The notes under the pieces: generated by a model
The model's database searches: none
What the model saw: the letters and a program-made list of their open reading frames with translations, nothing else
Told to the model about the DNA's origin: nothing
Position numbers and translations under genes: made by a program
Assembly: GCA_033442325.1 (NCBI GenBank)
Contig: JAWQFM010000012.1
Span: 822,287 to 886,286 of the forward strand
Direction: 5' to 3'
Source of the DNA: Salpingoeca rosetta
Lineage: Eukaryota > Protista > Choanoflagellata
Length of the DNA: 64,000 nt
Part shown: positions 26,832-39,586 of the stretch, piece after piece
Position numbering within the stretch: the first letter of the stretch is position 1
How the letters are laid out: each line of letters begins with the position of its first letter

Positions 26832-27303
26832 CCGTTTGCATGCAAGACAGAATAAAAGGGTGCGACTGGAATCGATGGCAAGCCCTGAAACAAACCGCGA
26901 AGGGAAAAAGATTGTGTGTGTGTATGAGGCGGGGGGATGAGCAGTGGCTGTAACCACAAAAGTGCAGCAGGGCAACCACAAAACGCACGCACACACGCAC
27001 ACATACACACACAACAAACACACACGCACACAACAAACACACACGCACACAACACACACACACACACACGCATACCTGAGAAAGGTTGACGGCGCCATGC
27101 TTCTGGGCCAGTGGCGCGAATTCCACCCACACAGTGTCTTCAAAGCCACTAGCTCGTGCAGCCAGTCTGTTCTTGTCGCAGCACAGCCTGCTGCTCGAGA
27201 GGCTTCGCGACACAGCAGCACTGCACCACTGCGATGCCCGTGCCTGCTGCAGCAGCCGCCGGCCCACAGCACCAACAACTGCACCACAACTGCCAGTCAG
27301 CAT
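26832..27303 (-). CDS. 5' exons of a kynurenine-oxoglutarate aminotransferase-like (class I PLP) gene; remainder missing or in gap
   Basis: Exon 27303-27076 has an Arg/Ser-rich mitochondrial-type presequence then TVWVEFAPLAQKHGAVNLSQ. The exon from 26884 continues GLPSIPVAPF. This matches the KAT/CCBL N-terminal signature VWVEF..LA.....VNLGQGFPD. Confidence 0.7.
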
Positions 27304-27439
27304 CGTCTGCTTGAATGTTATGCGTTAATTTTGCATCAAATCATGTCACACCATCTTCCCGCCGCTCAAATTTCAAATTTACAACACACCCCTGTCGACA
27401 CATGGTCATCCCACACACGCACGTCAACAACACACAGCA

Positions 27440-27663
27440 ATGTTCGCAGTGGCAGCAGCAGCATCTTGTGAGCGCCGCCCCAGTGGCGATGCGCAAGCGA
27501 CAAAGGTGATGGCACATGTACTCATTTTCTTGTCGATCACACATTTTTGCATGTCCAGTTGTAGGTATTCCATGTGCTCCACGCGTCGACACACACACAC
27601 ACGCACGCACAGACGCACACACACAGACGCACACACACACACACGCACCCACACCCACACCCA

Positions 27664-27736
<73 letters not shown>

Positions 27737-30700
27737 GCATCGACACACACATGCACAACTCACGCACGCACGCATCGACACACACACACACACACATGTG
27801 CCTTGACGCTGCATCAGGGCCAACTGCATACAACCCACAGAGCATCGACACCTGCCATCTGATGTGTCATTCGCGCCTCACCTGCCACCGCTTTGGTCTC
27901 TTCCTCAGGTACCATCCTCAGCGGATTCCACGAGTGAAGACACCATGCCAGCCCCACCGCAGCTGACGGCAACAGAGGTACGCTTGTTGGCTCTGCCTTG
28001 CCAATGCGCTTTTGCACTGCATGGCATCTCATATGGGCCGACACATTGTTTCAATCGTTTCTCTTTTCTCCTGACGCCTCGTCTTCCCGGCTTGAACGGT
28101 GCAGGTCATGGTGCTCCAAAGAGCCGCCATGATTTTGCGGAAGAAGTACAATGCTGCTCGCAAAGGACTTGACGTTGAGACATCTCTTCGTGATTTCGAT
28201 TCTGACGCGCTGGAGCACTTGCAAGACTACATCGCAGACATGGCCCACACAATGCCAGACGTTGACATTGTAGTGGACGCGCTCGATCCACTCACGACCG
28301 ACAAACATAAGATATCTTCAGCATGCAAAGCTGTAAAGCTGCAATTGTCCAAATGCACACCTCCCAAGCTGGACACATCTGCCCTCAACAAGCGGCTGAG
28401 TAAGTGCATGTTTGAGTTGATATCCTGCGACGGCTGTTTGCGACGTGCTTCTCATGCCTTACCCATGACTCACACCCAACGAATTGGCTTCAGCCAAACT
28501 AATCTCGGTCCACCACATACACGTGCATATACATGCNNNNNNNNNNNNNNNNNNNNNNNNNNNNNNNNNNNNNNNNNNNNNNNNNNNNNNNNNNNNNNNN
28601 NNNNNNNNNNNNNNNNNNNNNNNNNNNNNNNNNNNNAGGCTGAACAAGCAGGAGAAAGAGGGGGGTGTGGATAACACCTTCCCTTACTTTATCTCCATCG
28701 ACTCGTCGACCTTCACGGTTACCTCACAACTCGCCAAGCAGCTTGACATGGCCACAGCAACACATGGCGACGGGAGTGAGTGAGTGTGTGTGTGTGTATG
28801 TGGCGTGTGTGGTATGTGTATGTGTGTGGTGGGTGTGGTGTTTTGTCATGTGACTTGCCTTAAGTCCTGTATCAGAGCATCTGTGATTGTGAGTCCACTT
28901 TGTGCGCTTGTGATAGTGTGTGTGTTGTGTGTTGTGTGTCGCAAGGTGGCTGCAATACACGTACACATGTACGCACACGTGTACGCACGCACATGTACGC
29001 ACACATGTACACACACATACATGTACTTTCATGCACATACATGCACACACGCATGCACGCACGCATGCACCGCCACTGGCATGCAATGACTCACAAGCTC
29101 GTGTGTTCTTCTTGCTTTGCGTTTTTGCTGGGCCAGCCTCTGGCTTTGAAGACATCAGCACGGACGAATACGAGGGGTGGATCCAATACCAAATGATGGT
29201 GTGCATTCACAATTACTTCAATCGCAAGAAGCTGCACAGCCGCATGATGGTCATCGCCAACGCGCCTGTTTCGAACACGGAGCAGTACAAGATTGACGCT
29301 GCGTTTCGTCCGACCGTGTGCGAGCTGCACCACAGCTTTCTGCCTCTTATCATTGAGGTAATGATTGACGTGTGCACCTCTGACTTTTATTGCAATTGCT
29401 TGTGCACCAGCCACCACACGATACACACACACAAGCGCACACAGACGCGCAGACGCAAACACACACATGGGAAACACAAATCCTGCTTGCTCACTGCTGT
29501 GTCCACCTTGTGTGCATATTGTAGTTGGAGCAGCAGCGTACACAGCGAGCGGCAGCAAAGGAGCAATTGCGTGAATACGCATTGCACGCTATCAAGTGCG
29601 TTCCCCACTGGGAGTCTGTGATCAAGGGGCTGATGTACCCCATCGGCATCGCCGTCGCCGGGAACTGTGTTGACGTGTATGGTTTCGTCCTTGGACACAA
29701 GACGTTCGCTGGGGGCCAGAAGATGCCAGTCATCAACAGCATCACCCTGACATCCACCACGGTGCGCCTCTGCTAGCATATGGTGTTGTGTTTTTTTTTC
29801 CTGTTGTTGTGATGGCTTGCTCCTCTTGCCCCTGACATGCTGCTCTCCTCGTGCGCTGTGGTGTCCCTTTGCTCCGTCGGTGGCGGGCCACATGCTCTCA
29901 CACACGCTCATGTGTCGCATATCTCCACACGCCTGCTCTCGTGCTTCCTGCTTTGTTGCGGTGTCAGCTGTCCAAGTTCTCCCGTGTGCTGGATGTGCTC
30001 TTGTCTGAGCCCCTGCTGGCCTACTACGACTCGCTCTACGCTCGATGCTTTGGAGCCCCTGCCACCACCTCTCCGCCACCGCCGCCATCTCCCCAGTGCG
30101 ATATCCCACCTGCTCTTGTTGAGCGCATTCGCTTGAGCGGCGATTGCCCCGAGGAACCACAGCAGCCACAGCACCATCAGCAGCACCACCACCACCAGCA
30201 GTCACAGCAGCTACAGCAGCAGCAGCAGCAGAAAGACGAGGTCATCTTGGCCAACATGCGCGTGTTCTTCGAGTTTGAAGACATCAATGCAGACGTAAAG
30301 ATTATTGACGACACTGTGGTGAAGCGTGTGCCTGACGACCAGAACATCGACCATATTCTTCTCATGTGGCGCATCCTGCACCCACGTCACCCGATTCGCG
30401 TCATCAACAGCAACACCATCGTCATGCCCTTCCTCGGCAGCGGCAAGTTCACCACGCCAGAGCAGCTGTTGTGTGTGGCAGAGCAGCTCCTGCGGTTGTG
30501 TTTCCACTCACTTCCCCACGCCGACGTCAGGAGAGAAAACATCGCGGTGAAGGATGCGACTGCAGCCTTCATCGTCGATGTGGAGAATTTTGGAACGCAC
30601 ACGCCGGACGGGTTCAACTGTTGTCTGCTGGAACGGCATCCTGACTTGTTTTGTCGCTCGGGCGAGGACCGGCTGCCGTTCAAAAGCATCCACGACTTTT

Positions 30701-30972
30701 ACTCACTGGCCATGGCATGGGCTCGCCCCGATTTTGGCGAGAGGTTTGATGTCCGGAGCACGTGCGATCGGTTTGAGGATGCGTGCCGGCGACTTGTTGA
30801 ATGGCTGCAGCAGAAGAAGCGTGACATGGCGCATAAGGGCGGTGGAAACGCTGATGACGGTGACCACGGACATGATGATGATGAGGAGGAAGGCTGTGAG
30901 GTGGACGTGAAGAAGAAGCTGAAGATCCTCAACAAGCTCATCGAAGGAATGCAGAACGCTACCATTCTTTGA
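27440..30972 (+). CDS. Crinkler (CR)-like protein: helical N-terminus + PD-(D/E)xK-type restriction-endonuclease-like domain + atypical protein kinase domain
   Basis: Exons ~27440-27505, 27909-27977, 28105-28399, (gap) ~28638-28775, 29137-29357, 29525-29761, 29968-30972. REase-like KIDAAF..PLIIE|[17 protein letters not shown]. Kinase-like [35 protein letters not shown]. Confidence 0.7.
28537..28636. other. Assembly gap (100 N)
   Basis: Run of n. Confidence 1.
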
Positions 30973-31741
30973 CTTGTGTTGGTGCAGCCACCCTTGTCTT
31001 CTTTGATGGCGGTGGCGGTAACAGGGGATGATGATGACGGTGGTGGTGGTTGAGGTGGTGAAATTGCTGTGTCTGGTGCTTTGTCTGCTGTTGCTTTTGC
31101 TAATTTGCTTGTTGTGGTGGGCCAGGCCTCCTTGTGATACTTGTTGTGCGTGCTATGATGGTGTGACTTCCATGAAGCTAAATATGGTATGCGTCTATCC
31201 CGTGCATAAAAGAGTGACGTGACATCTGACATGACATGACGTGACACGCCATGACTTCCTTGATCGAAAAGTCTGGATCCTGTGCAGTGTGTTTGGAGAT
31301 GAAAGACACATTGGTGCCGAAAGGGGGTGAGATGTTTGGAATGGGCGACTTGTGGTGGACTTGCACGAGTGGTGTGAACTCATGTCACAGGTGCGGAGTG
31401 GGGGCAGGCGTGTGTGGTCGCGCTTGCCGCGTGTGTGCGGTTTGTGTTGTTTATGTCGGTTCTCAAGACGGGCACGGACAAGCAAATGAAGGAAGCAAAA
31501 CGGCGGGCTCATGAAGCACACTTAAGATCGGTGAAACGAAAAAGAAGACAGTCATCATCCACTCACTCATGCACATGAAGCAACCAAGCCATCAAATCAA
31601 GCCACCAAGCAAGCCACCAAGCAAGCAATCAGCCATCAATTACCACTCGAGCAAGCAATATATGGCACCATCACCAAATCATGAGCACATCGTGCCACCA
31701 TGCCATCTTCGTCACGCCGTCCACCGCGGTTGCCGCCCTTA

Positions 31742-32733
31742 TCAGGAGAAGAGGCCACTGCACCACTGGCGCCCAAAGGTGAAGCAGATGCACACGCCGA
31801 GGATCAGGCCTGCAAGAGACGGGTCCACGCCACTTCCCTGGACAGCCAGGTCGCTTGCCTTGACAAACCCGTCAAGCACGCGCTGGGCTTTCGCGCGACG
31901 TCGACGCCGCTCTGCCTGCGCGCATGCAACGGAGGAGAACAGGTGCCGCAGCATATTGGAGTGAGGGAGTGAGTGGTTGAGTGTGGGCGTGATGTTACAT
32001 GCGCGATTGGCGCTCTGAGTAAAGGGGTATAGCTGCGAGGTACACGTACAACGGCAGCACACAACACACAAGCACGCCAGCAACCAACACGCGCACGTAC
32101 GCACACGCACACAAGCATGCACACACACGCACACAAGCATGCGCACACACACACGCACACAAGCATGCACCACACACATACACACACACACACACACAAG
32201 CACTCATGCTCACCTCCTCCACTTCCTCGGCGATGGGCTGGCCGTTGCAGTTGTAGCAGACGGGTCCGTTCAACTCGGCCTCCTCGTCACTGCAAGCAAG
32301 AGAAACACAGTGCCCCACACCATCACACAGCACACCCATGAGCGTTCATCTACGCAAGTCGTTACATCAGCAACTGCACACACATATGCACGTCAATCAC
32401 ACACACACACACATACGCACACACACTACAAACGCAATCACACACACACACACGCACACGCACAATATTGAACTATAGAATCACACAATCACACAGCCGA
32501 GTGCATGTTCACTTACGATGAGATGGTGCTGCTTGCACCACCATCACCGCCATTGCCACCAACGGCGTCACCGTCGCCGTCGTCGTCATCACCACTCGCC
32601 CACGCCTGCAAGAGCACAGGGCTGCCATTCTCGTCGCTGCTTTTGTCAGCATCATAACGGCCAACGCCGCCACCTTGGTCGAGCGACCACTGAGGCAGGT
32701 CGCCCCACTCCACCATGCCCTCCTGTGAACGCG

Positions 32734-32766
<33 letters not shown>

Positions 32767-33048
32767 GCTGCAACCTCCGTCACTGATGGCGGTGGTGCAG
32801 CCATGTAGTCTGTGGGCAGCGCAAACCAGCGCAGCTTCTGCATGCTCCTGCTCAGCACGACCTTCTGCGGGGGATTGGCGGGAAAACGCGGGAGTGGCTG
32901 GCGCGGCGCGAGTTGCTCCGGCGTGAGTGAGACGGGCAGCCTGGCGTTTGGAGCACGCACACTTCAAAGTCACATCACGCACACATTCTTCTTCCGTCTG
33001 TGTCATTTCATAGCAAACACGCACTTGAGGTACGCTTGGTCCAGGCAT
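31742..33048 (-). CDS. Hypothetical multi-exon protein (start uncertain)
   Basis: Phase-compatible segments 32961-32775, 32722-32517, 32289-32214 (contains CYNC) and a last exon ending at 31742 with a hydrophobic C-terminal stretch. No domain recognised. Confidence 0.4.
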
Positions 33049-33329
33049 GTACACACGCGCGCACACTGTGTTCTCTCAACTACAGCTGACGGAAGCAGCG
33101 AAGAAGAAGCACATGTCAAAATAAAAGGATGCGTTGCGCACAACAAGAAGATAGGAGGAGAGCAGGTCATGCCACTCGACAAACTAGATGTGCACATTCG
33201 CTGTACACAGAGAGAGGCAAACACGGACACAGACACAGACACAGACACAGACACACACACACACACACAACCACACACACAGACACAAACAAGCAGACAA
33301 ACAAACAAACAACACACATAGATCCGCCA

Positions 33330-34139
33330 TCAGAGGTCACTGGAGGCGAGCCTGCGCAGGCCAAAGGTGATGGATGTGGTGCCCGTGTCTTGTAAAGCGG
33401 CAACAATCGCCTGCACAGCATCCTTGTGCGTCAACCCGGCAAGCGAGCGGCCGTTCACAAGACACACCTCATCCCCAACTTGCACCTCCTCATCGCCAAG
33501 CTCAGCAAAAGCGCCACCAGCCGTCATCTTGTGCACCAGCACACGTCCGCCCGTCTTGGCCACATCACACCCGCCAGCAACAACCAGCCCCAGCGGCTTA
33601 CTCCCTTTGGCAACCGTCAGCATGCGCATATCACACTCGCCATCGCCGTGCTGTGCATGCGCAAGATCGTCAACACTGCGAGGCGCGCCACCACTCAAGC
33701 CCGCCTGAGCACCCGTGCGCTCAGTCGCATCCCTGGTTGCACCACCCAGCGTACCCCCATGTCCCTGTTCTTCTTCGCCCTCCACCACCTCGTCCTCCTC
33801 GGTAATGGTTGGTGCCTGGCTCGCCCACTCCTGCGCAATGGCGATGGTGCGGTCCAGAAACGACAGCGACGACGACGCAGAGGTTGTGCTCAGTGCTGCC
33901 GCCGACGGACACAACGAAGCAAAACGAGAGCAGGTGCGTGAAAGGTGAGGAATACGAGTGTGTGTGTGTGTTTGTGCTTCGGGTAGATGTGCAAGACGAA
34001 GAAGCCTCAAACAAACCAGAGAAGGAACACAAACCCGCACACAAGCACTCACACACACACATGCACACACACACGCACACCCACCCACCCACCCCCCCCC
34101 CACCCACACACAAGCATTCACACACACATGCACATGCAA

Positions 34140-34214
<75 letters not shown>

Positions 34215-36871
34215 CTCGTGACGATCGGTCGAAAGTTGGCTTGTTGCGCCGCAACACGACAGAGTCATCAAACGCATCAGCATTGCCCGACATTCTACTC
34301 GCTGCTGTTGTTGTTGCTGGCGGCGGCGGGCTGTCAAAGCCGTAAAAGCTCTCACGCTGCTGCTGCAAGAACGAGCGGCGTGCCTCCTCTGCCCTCGCCT
34401 CCACATCAACCGCACCGCTGTTGGTGTTGTTGTTGTTGTTGGTGGCGCTGCTGTTGTTGTTGGTGGCGCTGCTGTTGGTGTTGGTGTTGCACCCATCGTG
34501 ACCAGCACCGCTGGCATGACTGTTGATGCTGCTGTTGTGATTGGAGTTGTTGGCACGATGGTTCGCAGGGTCATTGGCGGTGACTGCAGGGTGGTTGCCA
34601 CCCGCACCATCACCACCACCACCACCACGGTCACCAACACCTGTACCAGCAGCCCGTCCCTGTGCGTTGGCGTCGGGGATCGTGACGGGCCCGGCGGCAA
34701 GTTCTGTCTCGTCGTGGTAGCGGTGCCATGAGCTTGGCGCCGTGTACGACCGCGGCCGCCCCGCTCTCACATCATCACCATCACCATCACCATTACCACC
34801 ATGGCCAATACCGCCATTGCGCAGCGTGTTAATGGCATCCACGTTGGTTTCGCGTCCAAGCGAGAGCAGGTGCTGTGCCATGAGCGCCTGGTGCGGCCGC
34901 GCATGTGTCTGTCCGTCAACCCCTCCGCGAAGGGACTTGTTTGACCACTCACCACCACCGCCGCCACTGCCGCCACGGTGAATGCCATTGCTGACACCAC
35001 CTCTTCCTCGCCCCTCTTCATAGCCGTCCACACGAGCCAAGTTGCCGTTGTTGCCGTGGGGCGCGCGCGAGTGCAGTGGTGGCGAGGCCGTCACGCCCGT
35101 GCAGGAGAGCGCTGTCGTGCGGCTGGGGCTGCTGCTGGACGTCCGCGTCACAATTCGAGACGCGGACGATGATGAGGATGTTGACGTGGTTGTTGTGCCA
35201 CCACGGACCATCGCCCGCAGCGACTGCCCAATGCTGTTGCTGCTGTTCTTGTTGCCATTGTTCTCAACAGCGATCCACTCTGTTGTGTCCATGACATATC
35301 GGTGCCTGATAGTTGCGCGATGGAGTTTACAACAACATCGGCGTTGCACCACGGGTAAGTGTACACGTACGTTTCATGCGCAGTGCGTGTGTCATGTGCG
35401 TGCATGTATGCGTGCGTGTATGTATGTGTGAGTGTGTGTGTATGTGTGTGTGTGTGTGCGTGGACGAGATGCAAACTTGTGCGTCAACAAGCGGCATGCC
35501 CACCAATAAAATCATCTCCCCTTGAACCTTCCACGCGAAAACAAGCAAGCAACAACGAGAGCAGGGCGTGACTACACCAGGTCACAACGCAACCAAACAT
35601 CAGCACATCAGCACATGAGCGCATGTCATTGTGAATGGTTGCAACGACACTTGCGCAGCCCAGCGCGTCTCTCACCTGGGCACGTATTTGCCGGGTTTGA
35701 TTGTCATGAACAGGTGCTCGCTCCCCGTGAGGATTTTCACGGCCTCCGCGTGTGTCAGCAGGTCAAAGTCGACACCATTCACATCGCACAGCTGGTCACC
35801 GGGCTGTATGCGCATGTGCATTTGTGCATAGTATGTGCATGTGTTTTTGCGCAAACCTATGAGACTCAGATGAAGAGCGCGCACGTACGCGTAATGTGTG
35901 TGTGTGTGTGTGTTCTATCACGCACACGCACACGCACACGCACACGCACACGCACACGCACACGCACACGCACACACGCACGCACACACACACACACACA
36001 GAGGTATGGAAGCGTGCAGCTTGCCACAGCAACTCTGCACCACCAGGCAATGCACCCCACCCCCCTCTGCAGACCTTGAGGTTGTGCTGCGCCGCGATGC
36101 CGTCCACATCAACGGCGGAGATGTAAATCCCAACACCCTGGTCGTGCCCGCCACAGATGCTGCCCACCACCATCACACGCACGCATGTGCATGTGTGTGA
36201 GACGTGTGAGTTGTGTGAGATGTGTGCACACGCGTGCATGTGCATGGCAACATCAGCGCACAAGTCACATTACGCGTTCGTGTACGTGTGCGTGAGCGTG
36301 TGTACGTGTGTGTGTGTGTACATGTGTGTCCATGTATTGGCTCACCTCATGCCAATGCCTTTGGGCCCGACTTGGAAGTTGACGCGACGAAGTTCAATAT
36401 CACCAAGATCGTCTGCACGTTAGCAAGCGTGGCGCAGAGACGTGAACATGAATGTACACGTAAACGCAAATGGTGTGATATGAGGTGTGTGGTGTGAGTG
36501 GCGCATGCAACCAATGGACAGTAAGTTCAACCAAACACACACACACGCACGCACACACACCACCACGACCAAATACCGAAACAGCGCTAACTCTCCTCTC
36601 TCTATCTCTACGTGTCTGCATTGTGTGACCTGTTGGTCCATGCACGGTGCCGGGCACGGGGCCGGTGGCGACCTTGTCTGAAGAGCAGCCGCACACACAC
36701 CAGCAGACAGAGTAACGCGTGAGCAGTGGGTGTGTTTGTGCTTGCGTGTGTGGTTGCTTTTTGTGCGTGTGTGTTTGTGTTTGTGTACGCGTACGAATGC
36801 GTGCGTATGTGCGTGATGTGACACAAGCTGCCCTTGGAACTTCAGCCAGACGCTGAAGCAGTACTCACACC

Positions 36872-36915
<44 letters not shown>

Positions 36916-37373
36916 GACACACAGAGTCGCACACGCCTGCGGCCTGGAGCCACTCGAACGACTCCTGAACGTTGACTTTATCAGGAACGCGGCCCGTGCT
37001 GATGACGACGAGCTTCAGCTTCTTCGTTCCCGTGAACAGCTGCACCGCCTCCTTGTGCTTCAACTAATGGGTGAGAGCGTGAGTGAGTGAGGGCGTGAGT
37101 GAGGGCGTGAGTGAGTGAGGGCGTGAGTGAGGGCGTAACTGCGTGCTTGTGATGTTGAAGTGGCAGGCAAGAATAATGTGTTTGCTTCACGTCGCTATCT
37201 CGATGGCGCATACTCACCCCTTGCACAGCTGTTCCGTTGACAGAGACAATCTCATCGCCGATGCGCACGCCCGCCCGCGCTGCCGGTCCGCCATTGTCAA
37301 CCTGTGCAGCAACAACGGAAGGAGGGGGTGGGGATGAGGGCATGGGGCGTTACTTCAAGTCGGCAGGTACACA

Positions 37374-37426
<53 letters not shown>

Positions 37427-37434
37427 CACAACAC

Positions 37435-37468
<34 letters not shown>

Positions 37469-38182
37469 GTAGCCCCACCCAACTTCGTCAGTGTATGCGT
37501 GCAGGCACGCACCTTGCTGACGTAGAGGCCGACGCCAAACTCAGCCCCGCCGCGCATGTTGAAGCCCAGCGTACCGTATTTGTCACGCTGCACCTTGACG
37601 CGTCGCGGCTTTGGGGCTCCGTTTGTTCCCCTGCTGCTCGTGCTGAGCGAGAGCAGGCGTCGCATGGTGGATGTGTGCTTGCTGCGGCTGCTGGCGCTGC
37701 TGTCTAGCGTGTACGACCGCCCACGCGACACCGTGCTGTCGCTGCTGATGCTGGTGCCAAGGCTGCCCAGCGTGCTCGTGCGGTCGCTCGCTGTCGTGCT
37801 GGTGCTCCCTCGTGCACCCCGCTGGTGGCGGCGGCGACGACCGAGAGACAGCGAGAACCCGCGGCGACGTGGGCTGCCGCTACCGGCGCCGTTGTCTGCG
37901 CAATCGTGGGTGTGGACGCGGCTGCTCTGGCTGGTGGTTGGTCGAATGGCGCCCAGCATACCGCCCACACCGCGGCTTGCCTTGAGCCGCTGCGCGAGGT
38001 GCCGCTTGAGGGTGGACTGCAGACGCACGCCGTCGCGTGCTGGGATCAGGTCCAGCAGCGGCGGAATCACCTGCGCCCGCAGCTCTCGCGTTGGCAGCAC
38101 ATCAAGCGTCACCTCCGCAAGCTTGTCAAACGATCTACATGACGTGTGTGTTGTTGCGTGTGTGTGTGTGGACGTGTGCGTG

Positions 38183-38217
<35 letters not shown>

Positions 38218-38626
38218 GTGTTCGTGTGTGTGTGTGTGCGTGCGTCGACGTGTGTGGTGTGAGCTGGTACAGTATTGGGCATGCGGGATCCAACCATGAC
38301 TGACATGCCGGCAGGCGTCCACACTGTCCTCACACGCACAAAAGCACATCATTCCACAACCCACACCTCTACACCCACAAACAAACAAATACACACACAC
38401 ACACACAAGCATAAGCATTCATACACACATGCACACACACATTCACATTCACATTCATTCACACACATGCACGTGCACAAGCATTCGCACGTGCCGACCT
38501 GAGTCTCAGGAAGGCTTGAAGGGCCTCGAGGAGTTGTTGATGTTGATCTGGGTGGATACATTGTTGGCAGGCCATATGGAAGGCGTACACGGCCTCCTGC
38601 CTGTGCCTGCTGGGCGATGGTGGCAT
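33330..38626 (-). CDS. WHRN: Whirlin/PDZD7-like scaffold: N-terminal harmonin-homology domain, tandem PDZ1-PDZ2, low-complexity linker, C-terminal PDZ3
   Basis: Exons 38626-38499, 38134-37513, 37301-37218, 37063-36937, 36677-36630, 36412-36346, 36159-36075, 35803-35676, 35305-34215, 33895-33330 are in phase. PDZ1 LGFNMRGGAEFGVGLYVSKVD..GPA.RAG+RIGDEI. PDZ2 GIGMSICGG...GVGIYIS..THAEAVKIL. Whirlin-type post-PDZ extensions GRVP....FEW and YVP.....DTTEWI. PDZ3 LGLVVAGG. Confidence 0.85.
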
Positions 38627-39586
38627 GTTCCCTGCCACAACCTTTCACAGCGCTTGGTCCTCACTCGCTCGCTTGCTCGCTGCCCTGACAACGGCAACAC
38701 CAGGCGATGATGAACAAGTGAGACCGAGCGCGAAGGTGGTGGCTGGTATTTGTGATGGAGTTGAGAAGGGTGCCGGGATCCCTCTTTCGTGTGTGTGTGT
38801 GTGTGTGTGTGTGGTGATCGTTGTTAACCTGGCGTTGGAAACGTCGGTCGTATGGGGTGGCAGCGATCTTGTGCAAACAAACCAAAGAGGGAGAGAGCAC
38901 CGAAATACAGCGGCAACCAGCCAAAAAAGCAACCACAATTCAAACAACCAACCATGAAATGCAACAATGCCAAAGGCAGCCTTCTTGCTTGCTTGTCCTT
39001 CTTGCTTGCGTGCCTTGCTGCCTTCTTGCTGACCACCACCCTGGCTGCCTTCGCACTTGTCCTTCCTCAGCCACACCCACACACATACGCGCACACGCCA
39101 AAACGGGCGTTGTTGGCGTGTTTTGGGTCTGTTTGTTTGTTTGGGGGGTTCGTGCCACACACACAATACACACACGCACGACTGTCAGTTTTTCGCGGAC
39201 GGCTGGTACGGAGAATTGGTTGGAAATACGCCCAAATTTCTCATCCCGCCCAACACCCGCAACGGACGGCGAGCGAGGAGAGGTTGGTGGTTGTGTCTGC
39301 TTCGCCTTGCTTCTTGCTTGTTGCTGTCAGTGGTGAGGTGAGGTGAGGTCGTGAGCATGTGTTTGTACTGTGTTTGTGCTGTGTTTGTGTTTGTGTTGTG
39401 CTGTGTGTGTGTGTGTGCCGTGACACGGCAGTGAGTGCTCGCTTGCATCCTTTATGTCCTCGTTTTTTTGTTTTTTTTTTGGTTGTTGTTTTGTTTTGCA
39501 GTGGGTTGGTTGTCCGAGCTCACATCATGTGATCTTGTTTCTCTCTCTCGCTCACTCACATAGGACAAGGACAACGGATAGGCATC

